Source of the DNA: Candidatus Dojkabacteria bacterium
GTDB taxonomy: Bacteria > Patescibacteriota > Dojkabacteria > GCA-002793355
DNA: 64,000 bases
Reading direction: 5' to 3'
Assembly: GCA_030583685.1 (NCBI GenBank)
Contig: CP129470.1
Coordinates: 810,754-874,753, forward strand
In this document: in pieces, positions 35,341-46,008 of the stretch
Layout of the letters: each line of letters begins with the position of its first letter
Position numbering within the stretch: position 1 is the stretch's first letter
Position numbers and translations under genes: made by a program
Notes under the pieces: generated by a model
The model's input: the letters and a program-made list of their open reading frames with translations, nothing else
Told to the model about the DNA's origin: nothing
The model's database searches: none

Positions 35341-37374
35341 ATGCAGCTTTCAGATGCGGTAGAAACAATTCCCGGTGTTGGAGCAAAGACGCAGCAGGTC
35401 TTCAATGGGGCGGGAATTTATTCGATTGGCGATTTATTACACTATCTTCCGACTGGTTATGAAGACAGCACCGAAATACTCTCTCTTGCGGAGGCCATAA
35501 AGCGAATTTCTCATCTTCCGTTATGGCAATTATCGCGTGAGAAATTCGCAATAAAAGGGAAACTTCGGAAGATATCAAGCTTTAAGACGAAACGCCGATT
35601 TGCGTTGACAACCGCACATATTGTAGACGAGCAAACGCAGGATACATTGCAAACGATTTGGTTTAATATGCCGTTCGTGACGACACAATTAAAAGTTGGA
35701 ACAGAGTATGTTTTTTTTGGAAAAGTGAAAAGAGAGAGTGCAGCGAGGTTTACGTTAAGCTCACCGCAATTTGAGGAGTATAATAGCGAGAAAACGTTGC
35801 AGCGATTAGGAAGAATTAGTCCCGTTTATCGAAGGATTAAAACACTTAAGTCTCCGGCTATTGCGCGAACAATTCGAGCAATTCTTCCCAAGCTTGAAGT
35901 TTCCGATTTTTTATCTGGAATTATCGATCAGCATGAATTTTCACCATTGACCGATGCGTATTGGAATATTCATTCACCTGCCAGCTTCATACAACTCAAT
36001 CAAGGAGTAAATCGCCTGAAACTACAGGAATTACTTGAATTACGAGATGAATTTGAAAAAAAGAAACAGGCGAGTACTCATGAACCATTCAAAATGGATG
36101 AGTTTGGAAAAAAGGTTCAAGAGCTCATTAACTCCTGGGTACCCCTCTTGCCGTTTACTCTCACCAAAGGGCAACAAGAAATCCTTGATGCATACATGCA
36201 AAAAGTTCAGCAAAAGTCTGCCGAAGATACTTTTCTATACGGTGATGTTGGAAGTGGCAAGACAATAATCGCACAACTAGTTGCACTCGCGTTTGCGGTC
36301 TTAGGTAAAAGCGCATTGATACTTGTTCCAACGACGATCCTGTCTCGACAGCACGCGTTATCGACAAAACAACTTATCGAACGACTACAGGGAGCTGCAC
36401 AAGTGAAGGTTGAGGAAGTTACTGCAACAAGAACCAAACGTACCCAATCGTTTCAGCCACACGTTATTTATATAGGAACTCAGGCGATCCTGTATCAATC
36501 TGAACTCATTGCACACCCCTTACTCGCATTTGTATGTATCGATGAACAACATCGCTTTGGGGTTGAGCAGAGGCTCCTGTTTCAGAGAGGGAATAGAAAC
36601 GTACTTACTTTGTCTGCTACTCCGATCCCGCGGACCTTGGCGTTGAGTTTCATGCAATTCACGGAAGCACTTTTTTTAGAGGAAAAACCTTACGGAAGGA
36701 AAGAAATCCTATCTCGAGTTGTGCCTCAGGATAAGCACGATAGTACCTACACGTGGATTGCGGAAAAAGTAAAGAAAGGGGAGCAAGCATATATTATTTT
36801 CCCTCGAATTACGTCCGAAGATGACGAAAAGAAATCACTCATCGAGATGTTTGAGATGTTATCTGACTCGTATTTTTCTGGTTGTCGCGTAGGGATGCTT
36901 CATGGAGGAATGAAACAATCAGAAAAAGAAAGCATTATGACATCATTTGCAGAAGGTAATCTTGACATACTTTGTGCGACTTCGGTGGTAGAAGTCGGTG
37001 TTGATGTCCCAAATGCGACAATAATTGCGATTCATGGAGCAGAGTACTTTGGTTTAGCACAATTGCACCAGCTACGAGGGAGAGTGGGAAGAAGCAACCA
37101 ACAGTCATATTGTTTTCTGATTCCCTCTCGATATGAAGATACAGTCATTGAGCGGTTGGAGTTCTTTACTTCACACCATAAGGGCAGTGATGTTGCGACA
37201 TATGATTTACAGCGACGTGGTGCGGGTAAACTCTTAGGAATCGATCAATCTGGTGTTACTGAACTGAAAATAGCCTCATTAGAGGAGTTATCGCTTATTG
37301 AACAAGCTATGCGAGTGTATTCATTGCTGAGAGAGAAGCATATTTCTGTTTTACCAATTATTAGGGTAAAATAG
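35341..37374 (+). CDS. recG: ATP-dependent DNA helicase RecG
   Basis: Wedge/OB N-terminal domain. Helicase motifs GDVGSGKT, DEQHRFGV, SATPIPRT and QLRGRVGR. Confidence 0.9.
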   Translation: MQLSDAVETIPGVGAKTQQVFNGAGIYSIGDLLHYLPTGYEDSTEILSLAEAIKRISHLPLWQLSREKFAIKGKLRKISSFKTKRRFALTTAHIVDEQTQDTLQTIWFNMPFVTTQLKVGTEYVFFGKVKRESAARFTLSSPQFEEYNSEKTLQRLGRISPVYRRIKTLKSPAIARTIRAILPKLEVSDFLSGIIDQHEFSPLTDAYWNIHSPASFIQLNQGVNRLKLQELLELRDEFEKKKQASTHEPFKMDEFGKKVQELINSWVPLLPFTLTKGQQEILDAYMQKVQQKSAEDTFLYGDVGSGKTIIAQLVALAFAVLGKSALILVPTTILSRQHALSTKQLIERLQGAAQVKVEEVTATRTKRTQSFQPHVIYIGTQAILYQSELIAHPLLAFVCIDEQHRFGVEQRLLFQRGNRNVLTLSATPIPRTLALSFMQFTEALFLEEKPYGRKEILSRVVPQDKHDSTYTWIAEKVKKGEQAYIIFPRITSEDDEKKSLIEMFEMLSDSYFSGCRVGMLHGGMKQSEKESIMTSFAEGNLDILCATSVVEVGVDVPNATIIAIHGAEYFGLAQLHQLRGRVGRSNQQSYCFLIPSRYEDTVIERLEFFTSHHKGSDVATYDLQRRGAGKLLGIDQSGVTELKIASLEELSLIEQAMRVYSLLREKHISVLPIIRVK

Positions 37375-37377
37375 TGT

Positions 37378-37878
37378 ATGACAGCGAAATTATCTTCGCT
37401 TGCCGAAGTTCAATCTCATCCTACTATCACTACCTGGTTGGTGGCGGTTGATGTTCGTTCTGCATACAATGTTGGGGCAATGTTTAGGACTGCTGATGGG
37501 ACAGGTTCAACAGGGATAATTCTTGCAGGTTATTCACCGACTCCAGAAAATCCAAAAGTAAACAAAACTGCGCTTGGTGCGGAATTCCACGTCCCTTGGT
37601 TTGTCGTGTCCGACCCAACTGAATTGTTTTCGAAAACGAGTTTTGCCCATATTGGCTTGGAAACAACGCAGAAGGCTCAAAATATCTTTACGTGGACCCC
37701 GACGAAACGAAAGCTTTTTCTGTATGTTGGAAATGAAGTAACGGGGCTCCCCCTCTCGGTGATGACGGGTTTAAAAGAATTTGTGCGTATTCCAATGGTT
37801 GGACTGAAGCAATCACTAAATGTTGCTGAAGCAGCAAGTATAGCGATGTACGAATTGTTCCGAAAAACCCAAGAGTAA
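37378..37878 (+). CDS. SpoU/TrmH-class RNA 2'-O-methyltransferase (TrmL-like size)
   Basis: SPOUT motifs: VAVDVRSAYNVGAMFRTADG, GNEVTGL, and SLNVAEAASIAMYEL. Confidence 0.7.
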   Translation: MTAKLSSLAEVQSHPTITTWLVAVDVRSAYNVGAMFRTADGTGSTGIILAGYSPTPENPKVNKTALGAEFHVPWFVVSDPTELFSKTSFAHIGLETTQKAQNIFTWTPTKRKLFLYVGNEVTGLPLSVMTGLKEFVRIPMVGLKQSLNVAEAASIAMYELFRKTQE

Positions 37879-37939
37879 ACACGATTTTCTGGCAAAGTGT
37901 TTTTTGTGTAAATAACAGTAATTTTTCATCGTTAACCTC

Positions 37940-37968
37940 TTTACAAATGCAAATGAATTGGTTATAAT
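37940..37968 (+). promoter_or_regulatory. promoter of the mraZ/dcw operon (TTTACA-17-TATAAT)
   Basis: -35 at 37940-37945 and -10 at 37963-37968. The ATG at 37977 lies 8 nt downstream of the -10. Confidence 0.5.
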
Positions 37969-37976
37969 GGTGAAGT

Positions 37977-38462
37977 ATGGTGAAAATTGGTGAAAGTACA
38001 AAACTTATCGGAGAGTACTCCGGTAAACTTGTCGCCGGTCACCGAGTTGCACTGCCCGTTGCACTCAGAAAATTACTGGGAAACTCATTTGTTATGACAA
38101 AAGGTTATGAGGGGTGCTTACTTATTGTTCCGTCGTCGTCGTGGGAAAGTCTTATCCAACCTATGGAGTCGAGATCGTTCCTAGATCGAAATGTTCGTGA
38201 CTCCCTTCGTTTTCTTGTCGGAAGCGCATTCGAAATTACTGCAGATGCCCAAGGACGAGTCGTAATCCCTGAGACCTTGAGAGCATACGCACAAACCCTC
38301 TATTCAGAACGTTCATCTTGTGAAGTTGTCTTTGTTGGATTGGTGAACTGGATTGAAGTCTGGGAAAAATCTCGTTGGTTAGAGCGAAACACTTTTCTTG
38401 AAGAAAATGCTGATGCAATTGCACAAGAATTAATATCTGTTAAAGAGTCTCAATCAGTATGA
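37977..38462 (+). CDS. mraZ: transcriptional regulator MraZ
   Basis: Two MraZ-type repeats (..GHRVALPVALRKLLG.. and ..DAQGRVVIPETLRAYA..) and its position as first gene of the dcw cluster. Confidence 0.8.
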   Translation: MVKIGESTKLIGEYSGKLVAGHRVALPVALRKLLGNSFVMTKGYEGCLLIVPSSSWESLIQPMESRSFLDRNVRDSLRFLVGSAFEITADAQGRVVIPETLRAYAQTLYSERSSCEVVFVGLVNWIEVWEKSRWLERNTFLEENADAIAQELISVKESQSV

Positions 38463-39424
38463 AATCCCAAACTGCCCCCAAAAAACTTTATCATCGACCT
38501 GTTTTGTTACAAGAAGTCATTGAAGAATTATCAGTAGTCCCTCCAAATGGATGGATTATCGATGGAACGTTTGGAGATGGAGGACATTCGCGCGCAATAT
38601 ACGAGAAAATTATCAAACCATATAAAAGAAATCGTCTTTGTAGTGTTGATTGGGATATGTCAGGATACTCTGCCTTACAATCGCATGAGATTGAATTGCC
38701 ATCGGTTCTTGACGAGGTGACAGAAAATACTGAATGGGTGATGGTATCGGATAATTTCGCGAATATGCGTAAGTATCTGCCAGTAGTCACAAAGAAAACC
38801 AATACAGAAATGGCACTCTCTGGATTGCTTCTCGATTTGGGAATTTCTTCTCGACAACTTGCGCAAAAAAAGAGGGGATTTAGTTTTCATGCTGAGGGGA
38901 AAGTCGATATGAGAATGGATCCTGAGCATTATGCTGTTGCCGCCTATGATTTATTGAATATTTTGCCTTACAAAAAAATGTCAGCGATGTTCCGCGATAC
39001 GGTTGGAATGCCACCAGGAATTGCTGCAAAATTGACCAAAGAGATTTTAATTGCACGAGAAGTAAAACTCTTTGGTAACTCTGACGATATAAACAGATTA
39101 ACGAATATTTCGCATAAAGTAGTACCGATTCGGGCTAGCTCGAAGGGGAGGATTCATCCTGCAACACTTCTGTTTTTGGCTTTGCGCATCTCTGTCAATA
39201 CAGAATTGCAAAACTTGCAGGAAGTCCTCCCGGTCGCTTTTTCTTATCTGATTCCTTCAGGTAGGTTGTTATTAATGACCTATCATAGTGGTGAAGAAAT
39301 GGTTGTGGAATCATTCGCCCGCCAAAATGGAATCAGAGTGGAAGTAATTCTTCCCGCTCCTCGGGAAGTGAGGGGGAATCCACGCGCACGAAGTGCAAAA
39401 TTATATATTATTACGAAAAAATGA
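38459..39424 (+). CDS. rsmH: 16S rRNA (cytosine1402-N4)-methyltransferase RsmH
   Basis: YHRPVLLQEVIEEL..DGTFGDGGHSRAI, and a 4-nt overlap with mraZ. Confidence 0.9.
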   Translation: MKSQTAPKKLYHRPVLLQEVIEELSVVPPNGWIIDGTFGDGGHSRAIYEKIIKPYKRNRLCSVDWDMSGYSALQSHEIELPSVLDEVTENTEWVMVSDNFANMRKYLPVVTKKTNTEMALSGLLLDLGISSRQLAQKKRGFSFHAEGKVDMRMDPEHYAVAAYDLLNILPYKKMSAMFRDTVGMPPGIAAKLTKEILIAREVKLFGNSDDINRLTNISHKVVPIRASSKGRIHPATLLFLALRISVNTELQNLQEVLPVAFSYLIPSGRLLLMTYHSGEEMVVESFARQNGIRVEVILPAPREVRGNPRARSAKLYIITKK

Positions 39425-39732
39425 AAAATTCACGACATAACCACGCAGTTGTACCAAATTTTGTTTTACGCATTGCTGTTCTTCTCACCTTTTTCACTAT
39501 AGCATTGCAATTTGTCGTGGTAACTCGATATGAGCCTGTAGCCAGCGCAATTGGCGTCATGGATCAACAATCAAGAATTTTGAATACCACCTACTTGGAT
39601 TATGAGGAACAGAATGCTATTCTTCGTTCAAGTAAGTTTTTGGTCAGCGAGAAGGCGTCAGGATTTGTTTCGACACCATCAAAAGTGTTGTACGTAAATC
39701 CTGGTAACACGCTCGTGAGTAGTAATGAATAA
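39421..39732 (+). CDS. FtsL-like cell-division protein (small bitopic)
   Basis: Single TM (IAVLLTFFTIALQFVVV) and its position between rsmH and ftsI. Confidence 0.4.
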   Translation: MKNSRHNHAVVPNFVLRIAVLLTFFTIALQFVVVTRYEPVASAIGVMDQQSRILNTTYLDYEEQNAILRSSKFLVSEKASGFVSTPSKVLYVNPGNTLVSSNE

Positions 39733-41464
39733 AAAACTTGAAAAGAAAGTATCCCACAGCTTGTCAACGAAAGAATATATTTGGATGGCAATTGTCTTTT
39801 TGTTTTTTGGACTTCTTTATTTTCAATTTCGGTGGCAAATTCTCGAGTACGATCGATTTTCTGCTCTTGCAAATGCTCAATTGGCAGTAAGACAAGACGT
39901 ATTTACCAAGAGGGGAACGATTTATACCCAAGATGGTGTTGTTCTTGCAGTTGATAGTCCGGCGTGGAACGTTGTTCTCTCTGTAACCAATCACGTCGAT
40001 CAAGCAAATTTTCTTGTGAAGCAAGATGAAATTTTGTCAGAATTAGCTTCGGTGTTAGACATTGATGCAGAAGAAATGAGTGAAATCTACAATCCAAACG
40101 TACTTACGTATCAGGTGTTATATCGCGGTATCAATAAGAGACAGAAAGATATTTTAGAAGAGAAAAAGCTACTGGGAATATACACAGAAGATTCAATAAA
40201 ACGGTTGTACCCGAACGGCGATTTGTTTTCTCACGTCATCGGGTATATTGGGACAGATAGTTTTGGGCGACCGCGGGGAAATTATGGTATCGAGGGCTTC
40301 TTCTGGGGTGATATTAAGGGAAAGGAAGGTGCGACGCAACAAGAGAAAGATTTAAGTGGCAAGGCAATTATCAGTAAACAGTATAGAAATGTTCAGTTTC
40401 GTGAAGGGAAAAATATTGTGCTCACCGTTAATTCTGGGATTCAAAAGAAGGTGGAACAAATTCTTGAGAGCGGTGTGCGTGAGCAACGTGCAGATGCCGG
40501 AAGTGTGGTCATTATGAATCCGAAAACTGGAGAGATTATCGCAATGGCAAATTATCCTGACTACGATCCAAATGAATTTTGGAAGGTTCGTGATGTTTCT
40601 GTGTTTCGTAACGGCGCGGTTTCTGGTCCTTACGAATATGGATCAGTGCAAAAACCGCTGACGGTTGCAATGGCCTTAGAAGAGCAAAAAATAACCGAGA
40701 AGCATATTTGTAATGATACTGGTCGGTTAAAACTTGATGACAAGACCATTTACAACTTTAACTTCGCGCGATATGGAAGAATTACTCCTATGCAAACCCT
40801 TCAATATTCGGACAATATCTGTGCGGCAGAGTATGGACTATTAGTTGGGGCGGATCGTATGTATGCATATTTACGAGAATTAGGGCTCGGTGTTTCGACG
40901 GGAATTGGTATTCACGAAGAAGAAACAAGTTTTATTAAAGCACCTGACCGTTGGTTGAGCATCGATGTCGCAACAACGTCCTATGGACAGGCAATTTCAG
41001 CAACTCCTCTGCAATTTGCTTCAGCCATGTCCACGTTGGCAAATGGTGGCGTAAGAATGCAACCAATGTTAGTAAAAAAAATATATAACAATGAAGATGA
41101 GATTACGATTACTCCAACAAGTGTGGGGAGAGTGTTTTCAGAAAAAACTGCAACTATGGTTGCAAAAATGATGGAAGAGGCCACCTTTACTCGTGCTGAT
41201 ATGGCTCGTTATAAAGGTGTCTACAGTATTGCAGGTAAGACAGGAACAGCTCAGGTTGCGCGTTCTGACACTGCTGGGTATTATGATGACCGGGTAAATG
41301 TAACCTATGTTGGTTTTGCACCAGCAATTGATGCTCGATTTGTGATGGTAGTAAAAATTGAAAATCCAAAAGAGGGGACGTTAGCAAACTTAACGGTACT
41401 TCCCCTATGGATGAAAATCTTTGATACAATTAAAGACGATCTTGGTGTACCAAGAATTAACTAA
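39725..41464 (+). CDS. ftsI: class B penicillin-binding protein / peptidoglycan transpeptidase (FtsI-like)
   Basis: N-terminal TM and dimerisation domain. GSVQKP (SxxK), YSDN (SxN) and GKTGTAQ (KTG). Confidence 0.85.
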   Translation: MNKKLEKKVSHSLSTKEYIWMAIVFLFFGLLYFQFRWQILEYDRFSALANAQLAVRQDVFTKRGTIYTQDGVVLAVDSPAWNVVLSVTNHVDQANFLVKQDEILSELASVLDIDAEEMSEIYNPNVLTYQVLYRGINKRQKDILEEKKLLGIYTEDSIKRLYPNGDLFSHVIGYIGTDSFGRPRGNYGIEGFFWGDIKGKEGATQQEKDLSGKAIISKQYRNVQFREGKNIVLTVNSGIQKKVEQILESGVREQRADAGSVVIMNPKTGEIIAMANYPDYDPNEFWKVRDVSVFRNGAVSGPYEYGSVQKPLTVAMALEEQKITEKHICNDTGRLKLDDKTIYNFNFARYGRITPMQTLQYSDNICAAEYGLLVGADRMYAYLRELGLGVSTGIGIHEEETSFIKAPDRWLSIDVATTSYGQAISATPLQFASAMSTLANGGVRMQPMLVKKIYNNEDEITITPTSVGRVFSEKTATMVAKMMEEATFTRADMARYKGVYSIAGKTGTAQVARSDTAGYYDDRVNVTYVGFAPAIDARFVMVVKIENPKEGTLANLTVLPLWMKIFDTIKDDLGVPRIN

Positions 41465-41475
41465 CTACAAAATAA

Positions 41476-42525
41476 ATGATTACTGCAATTTCTTTCTTTA
41501 TGGTTAAGGAACTCGCTGTTTGGGCGATGATAGGTCTTGTGGCGGCTGCCCTCTGGGTCGTTCCACTTATTGACTTTTTGTATCGGTTTCAATTTACCAT
41601 CAAACATATAGAAATGCCCAGCAAAATTAATGCGGAATGGATGAAAATTCACGGTAAAGACTCGGGAACTCCTAGCCTTGGTGGTATTTTAATTTGGCTC
41701 ACAATTCCGTTTCTACTCCTTGTTGGTTTTTGGGAAGTTCCGTTGATGAAGGCTGTCTCATTTATATACTTGTTAGTCGGTGCGTATGGATTTTTGGATG
41801 GTTTAAGTGATGTGTTAACTAAGAATAATGTTAAATTTCGGGAGTTTCAGAATAAATTCGAGTGGAGAGTCGGCAAGTTTATCATTGCAATGGCTATAAA
41901 TGTTATTGTTGCGTTGATTATTGTAAAAATCGCGGGAATACAGCAGATAGATGTCTTTGGCTTCAACCTTGTCTTGAATTCTCTCGTTGGGATTCTGATA
42001 CTCACCTTGGCATCAACGTTCTTTACGTATGCGACAGAGATTATTGATGGAATCGATGGTTTATCATCTGGGATGTTTCTCATTACGATTGTAGGCTTTA
42101 CTCTTTTGATGCTTGCGTTTCCTGCAAGTTATTTTACTTCAGGTGAGTCAACAGCCGCCGTTATTGCAGGCGTTATGATGGGCGTACTTATGGTTTACCT
42201 TTATTTCAATATTCCGCCTGCACGTATTTATATGGGTGCACCAGGAGCAATGCCCATGGGGCCAGTTTTTTTGCTTTTAGGATTATATGGTAACGTGCTC
42301 CCTGCGCTGATTGTATTGATGTTACCTTACTTTGTCGATTTAGCTACGAGTTTTATCCAACTTTGGTCAATTCGCTTTTTTGGGAAGAAGGTATTCAAAA
42401 TCGCACCTATTCATCATCACTTTGAGGCAATTGGTTGGCCAGGAACGAAAGTGGTTATGAGATTCTGGTTATTTAATGTCGGAATTATCTTGCTTGCTGT
42501 ACTTGCACAAGTGTATTTCGGATAG
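41476..42525 (+). CDS. mraY: phospho-N-acetylmuramoyl-pentapeptide transferase
   Basis: IDGIDGLSSGM, IYMGAPGAMPMG and APIHHHFE. Ten TM segments. Confidence 0.9.
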   Translation: MITAISFFMVKELAVWAMIGLVAAALWVVPLIDFLYRFQFTIKHIEMPSKINAEWMKIHGKDSGTPSLGGILIWLTIPFLLLVGFWEVPLMKAVSFIYLLVGAYGFLDGLSDVLTKNNVKFREFQNKFEWRVGKFIIAMAINVIVALIIVKIAGIQQIDVFGFNLVLNSLVGILILTLASTFFTYATEIIDGIDGLSSGMFLITIVGFTLLMLAFPASYFTSGESTAAVIAGVMMGVLMVYLYFNIPPARIYMGAPGAMPMGPVFLLLGLYGNVLPALIVLMLPYFVDLATSFIQLWSIRFFGKKVFKIAPIHHHFEAIGWPGTKVVMRFWLFNVGIILLAVLAQVYFG

Positions 42526-42566
42526 GTGCTGTTGCGAAATATGCGGAAATACCATAGAATAGTTAC

Positions 42567-43577
42567 ATGCCCATGCTACGTCGTAAACAGATACCAAACC
42601 GTCTTAATGTTCGCAAGAAAAGAATTAGTATCTCGCCAAAGATTCAAAAAGTTATTGGGAGAGGAAGCCTACTTCTCCTCAGTGTGAGTATACTTGCGTT
42701 TTTTGCAGTTTCTGGTTGGGGTGCAATTTCAAAAGCAATAAATGAGTCATATCGTCCAGGAGTAGCAAAATTTTCTGCGTGTTCACCCTTATTTCTTCAA
42801 GTCAAAACAAAACCACTTTATGGGGTTATTCTTCGTACGGAAGGTTCATTTGTCAAGGATATTTTTTTAACCTCACCTACGACAACGGGCTCAGTCAAAG
42901 CAATTAGACTGACCAGCTCAGATTGGGTACCAGTATATTTCTCAAAAAACTTTACCTTCACTCAAATCGGAGAAATATTACGATTAAGCCGATTAGAAAC
43001 AGGTGATTATGATCCTTGTTATGTTATTGAACAGCTCTCACTCACAAGCGGTGTTCCTGTTGAGTATATTCTCATCGATGATTCCGAGAAGGGCTTGCAG
43101 ACAACGGTGACCATCGCGGAAGCACAGGAATTACTCCGAGGAATTGAGCAAAATACACCATTACAATTGAGAACAAACCTACTCGGATTAAGAAAGTTAG
43201 ACGACGGAACCGAAGTATCTGTGATTACCTATGAAGCATTTCGAGAACAATACCCTGACTTCTTCAAAATCGATGAGATCGCTCAGGAGCAGGCATTCGT
43301 TGAAGTTTATAATGCAACTGATATCTCTGGGTATGCAAGTATAGTTTCACGAAAATGGGCGATGTTAGGGATTGATATTTCTCGGATTGGCAATGCAACA
43401 TACGAAGAAGTAGGGGATGCACTTGCGGTGATGTACGTTCGTGATAGTTTGGCGTACTCACGAACTCAAGCGATCATCAAGAGTTCTTTTCCCAACGGAA
43501 AACTAGTTGTTAAGGAGGGGAGACCAAGTAATTTAGTGACAACCGGGGATATTGTAGTATTCTTGATTAAACGGTAG
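42567..43577 (+). CDS. membrane-anchored protein with a LytR_C-like C-terminal domain
   Basis: N-terminal TM. The C-terminus (VEVYNATDISGYASIVSRKWAMLGIDISRIGNATYE) resembles the LytR_C (LCP-associated) domain. Confidence 0.35.
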   Translation: MPMLRRKQIPNRLNVRKKRISISPKIQKVIGRGSLLLLSVSILAFFAVSGWGAISKAINESYRPGVAKFSACSPLFLQVKTKPLYGVILRTEGSFVKDIFLTSPTTTGSVKAIRLTSSDWVPVYFSKNFTFTQIGEILRLSRLETGDYDPCYVIEQLSLTSGVPVEYILIDDSEKGLQTTVTIAEAQELLRGIEQNTPLQLRTNLLGLRKLDDGTEVSVITYEAFREQYPDFFKIDEIAQEQAFVEVYNATDISGYASIVSRKWAMLGIDISRIGNATYEEVGDALAVMYVRDSLAYSRTQAIIKSSFPNGKLVVKEGRPSNLVTTGDIVVFLIKR

Positions 43578-43586
43578 AATGGAGAG

Positions 43587-46007
43587 ATGAATACGCCCCT
43601 TGTTATTTTCCTAATTGCTCTTGGCATTGTCTTTTTTCTGTTTCTCCTCATTATGCTCTGGCCAAGGAAGAGAAACACCGATGCTTTCCCTGTCGGGACA
43701 GAAGAAACGTTACAAGGAAATACGAAAGTTATTCTCAAAATAGAGGTCCCCCGAAATAACGATAAAACACCGCTTGCGGCAGAGCAATTATTTGCCTCAC
43801 TTCATGGTCTGTACAAGGATGGAGCAAGAATTCCGATTCTAAGCCTAGAGTTGGCGTCCAATTCACGCATGGGGGTTCAATTTTATGTTGTTGTTCACAG
43901 TGCGGTTGCCTCATTTGTCAAAGGTCAAATATATGCGCAGTATCCTGCTGCAGAGATTGGAGTTGTCTCTGATTACATGGATACCGCAGAAACCTGGGAT
44001 CAATCTACACAAGTCTCTGCTGGTGAAATTGTGCTCGAAAGAGAGCATATTTTTCCATTGAAAACGTTCAAAGATTTTGATGTTGATCCTTTGTCAGGAA
44101 TAACAGGAGCAATTAGCGAACTCAAAGGTGACGAAGAGGCTTGGTTGCAAATGGTTATTCGACCATACCCAAATATTTGGCAAAAAGTTTCACAGAAATA
44201 TATTTCTGCTTTACGAGCGGAAGGAAGCAGTATTTTCGAAGCAAACGGTTTTTGGAAAGCATTTTGGTCGGTTTTTGCAGGATTCTTCAGATTCTTTGCT
44301 GATTCGTTAACCTATGATCCAGATAAACCGCAGCAAGTAAAAGTTCCTTCAGTTCGCTTAGAGCCGTACCAAGAGGAAGAAATCAAAAGAGTAGAAGCAA
44401 AAGCGGAAAAACAAGGGTTTCAAGTTGTTATACGAGTTCTTTCTAAGAGTCGTGACTCAGCGCGTGCTGCTCAGATTTTTGAAGGAATTGCTGCATCCTT
44501 TCGGCAGTATGCAACGGCACACTTGAATGCGTTTTCGCTGAATCTGTCGAAACAACCTGCTACGGTTTTTACACAAATGAAGGCGCGATATATGTCCCAA
44601 TTACACGAAGAGATATTGAATATTGAAGAAATTGCGTCTTTATATCACTTACCAAATACAGCAGGTGAAGCGACCTCGTTGTTTGTGACAACCGCAGGGA
44701 AGTTACCTCCACCCGTAGATTTACCCATTGGCGAAGGTACGTTGTTCGCTCGTACAAACTATCGCGGAGAAAGTCATGAATTTGGCATACTCCCGCGTGA
44801 TAAGCGACGTCACGCATATATAATCGGTCGTACAGGAACAGGAAAGACAAGTCTTATGCGAAATATGATTGTCTCTGACATCATGGCAGGCGAAGGTGTT
44901 GGGTTAATTGACCCGCATGGTGAGACTGCCGAATTTATTCTTGATCATATACCTGCGCACCGTGTTGAGGATGTTATTTATTTTAATCCCGGAGATATTG
45001 AGTATCCAGTTGGTTTCAATCCGATTTATGTGAAGGACAAGTCACAGCGAGATTTAATTGCAGACAATATTATTGGCGTCTTCAAAAAATATTTTGATTC
45101 GTGGGGACCACGGTTAGAATATATTTTATACAACACCATCCTTTCGGCGTTAGACTCACAAGGTACGACATTACTTTCGGTACAGCGGATGCTTACTGAC
45201 ACAGAATATAGAAAGCGTGTTCTATCGCATGTGAAAGACCCAATGATTCACCGATTTTGGCGTGAAGAATTCAGTATGATTGAGGAAAATCGCAAACTGC
45301 TGTCTGATGCGGTTGCACCAATTCAGAACAAAATTGGGCGCTACTTGTCACCAAGAATTGTCAGAAACATTTTGGGCCAAACCAAATCAACCTTTAATAT
45401 TCGCGAAATGATTGATAGTAAGAAAATTTTCATTGCAAATCTTTCCAAAGGTAGAATTGGCGAAGAAAATACCGCGTTACTTGGTGGCTTGCTCATTGCA
45501 CGAATTTATACCGCAGCAATGGAGCGCGCTGATCAACCTGACGAAGAACGAACAGACTTTTCACTGTACATTGATGAGGTTCAGAGCTTTACGACTGATG
45601 CCTTTGTCAATATTTTGTCTGAAGCACGAAAGTATCGACTCTCCTTGGTAATTAACCATCAATTCACTGAGCAGTTGCCACCCAATATGCGAGCAGGAAT
45701 TTTTGGAAATGTAGGAACGATGATCACCTTTAGTGTCAGCCAGAAAGATGCAGTCGAATTGTCTCAAGAATTTGCCCCTTACGTAACACCAGAAGATATT
45801 CTTTCACTTCCCAATTATCATATCTATTTAAGAATGATTATTAAGGATAGGATTTCTGAACCTTTCAGTGCCGTTTCACTACCGTTTCGTTTCCAAAGCT
45901 TTGGTTATAAAGACATCATTAAGCAGAAATCACGTGAGAAGTATGCTGTTCCCCGAGAAGTGATAGAAGAAAAGATCCAGAGGTGGGTAGAGAATAAGGG
46001 GGAGTGA
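43587..46007 (+). CDS. VirD4/TraG/TrwB-like type IV coupling-protein-family ATPase (FtsK-HerA superfamily), membrane-anchored
   Basis: N-terminal TM (VIFLIALGIVFFLFLLIMLW). Walker A HAYIIGRTGTGKTSLMRNM followed by LIDPHGE (T4CP-like DPxGE). Walker B LYIDEVQSF. RKYRLSLVINHQFTEQL (TrwB-like). Confidence 0.6.
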   Translation: MNTPLVIFLIALGIVFFLFLLIMLWPRKRNTDAFPVGTEETLQGNTKVILKIEVPRNNDKTPLAAEQLFASLHGLYKDGARIPILSLELASNSRMGVQFYVVVHSAVASFVKGQIYAQYPAAEIGVVSDYMDTAETWDQSTQVSAGEIVLEREHIFPLKTFKDFDVDPLSGITGAISELKGDEEAWLQMVIRPYPNIWQKVSQKYISALRAEGSSIFEANGFWKAFWSVFAGFFRFFADSLTYDPDKPQQVKVPSVRLEPYQEEEIKRVEAKAEKQGFQVVIRVLSKSRDSARAAQIFEGIAASFRQYATAHLNAFSLNLSKQPATVFTQMKARYMSQLHEEILNIEEIASLYHLPNTAGEATSLFVTTAGKLPPPVDLPIGEGTLFARTNYRGESHEFGILPRDKRRHAYIIGRTGTGKTSLMRNMIVSDIMAGEGVGLIDPHGETAEFILDHIPAHRVEDVIYFNPGDIEYPVGFNPIYVKDKSQRDLIADNIIGVFKKYFDSWGPRLEYILYNTILSALDSQGTTLLSVQRMLTDTEYRKRVLSHVKDPMIHRFWREEFSMIEENRKLLSDAVAPIQNKIGRYLSPRIVRNILGQTKSTFNIREMIDSKKIFIANLSKGRIGEENTALLGGLLIARIYTAAMERADQPDEERTDFSLYIDEVQSFTTDAFVNILSEARKYRLSLVINHQFTEQLPPNMRAGIFGNVGTMITFSVSQKDAVELSQEFAPYVTPEDILSLPNYHIYLRMIIKDRISEPFSAVSLPFRFQSFGYKDIIKQKSREKYAVPREVIEEKIQRWVENKGE

Positions 46008-46008
46008 A

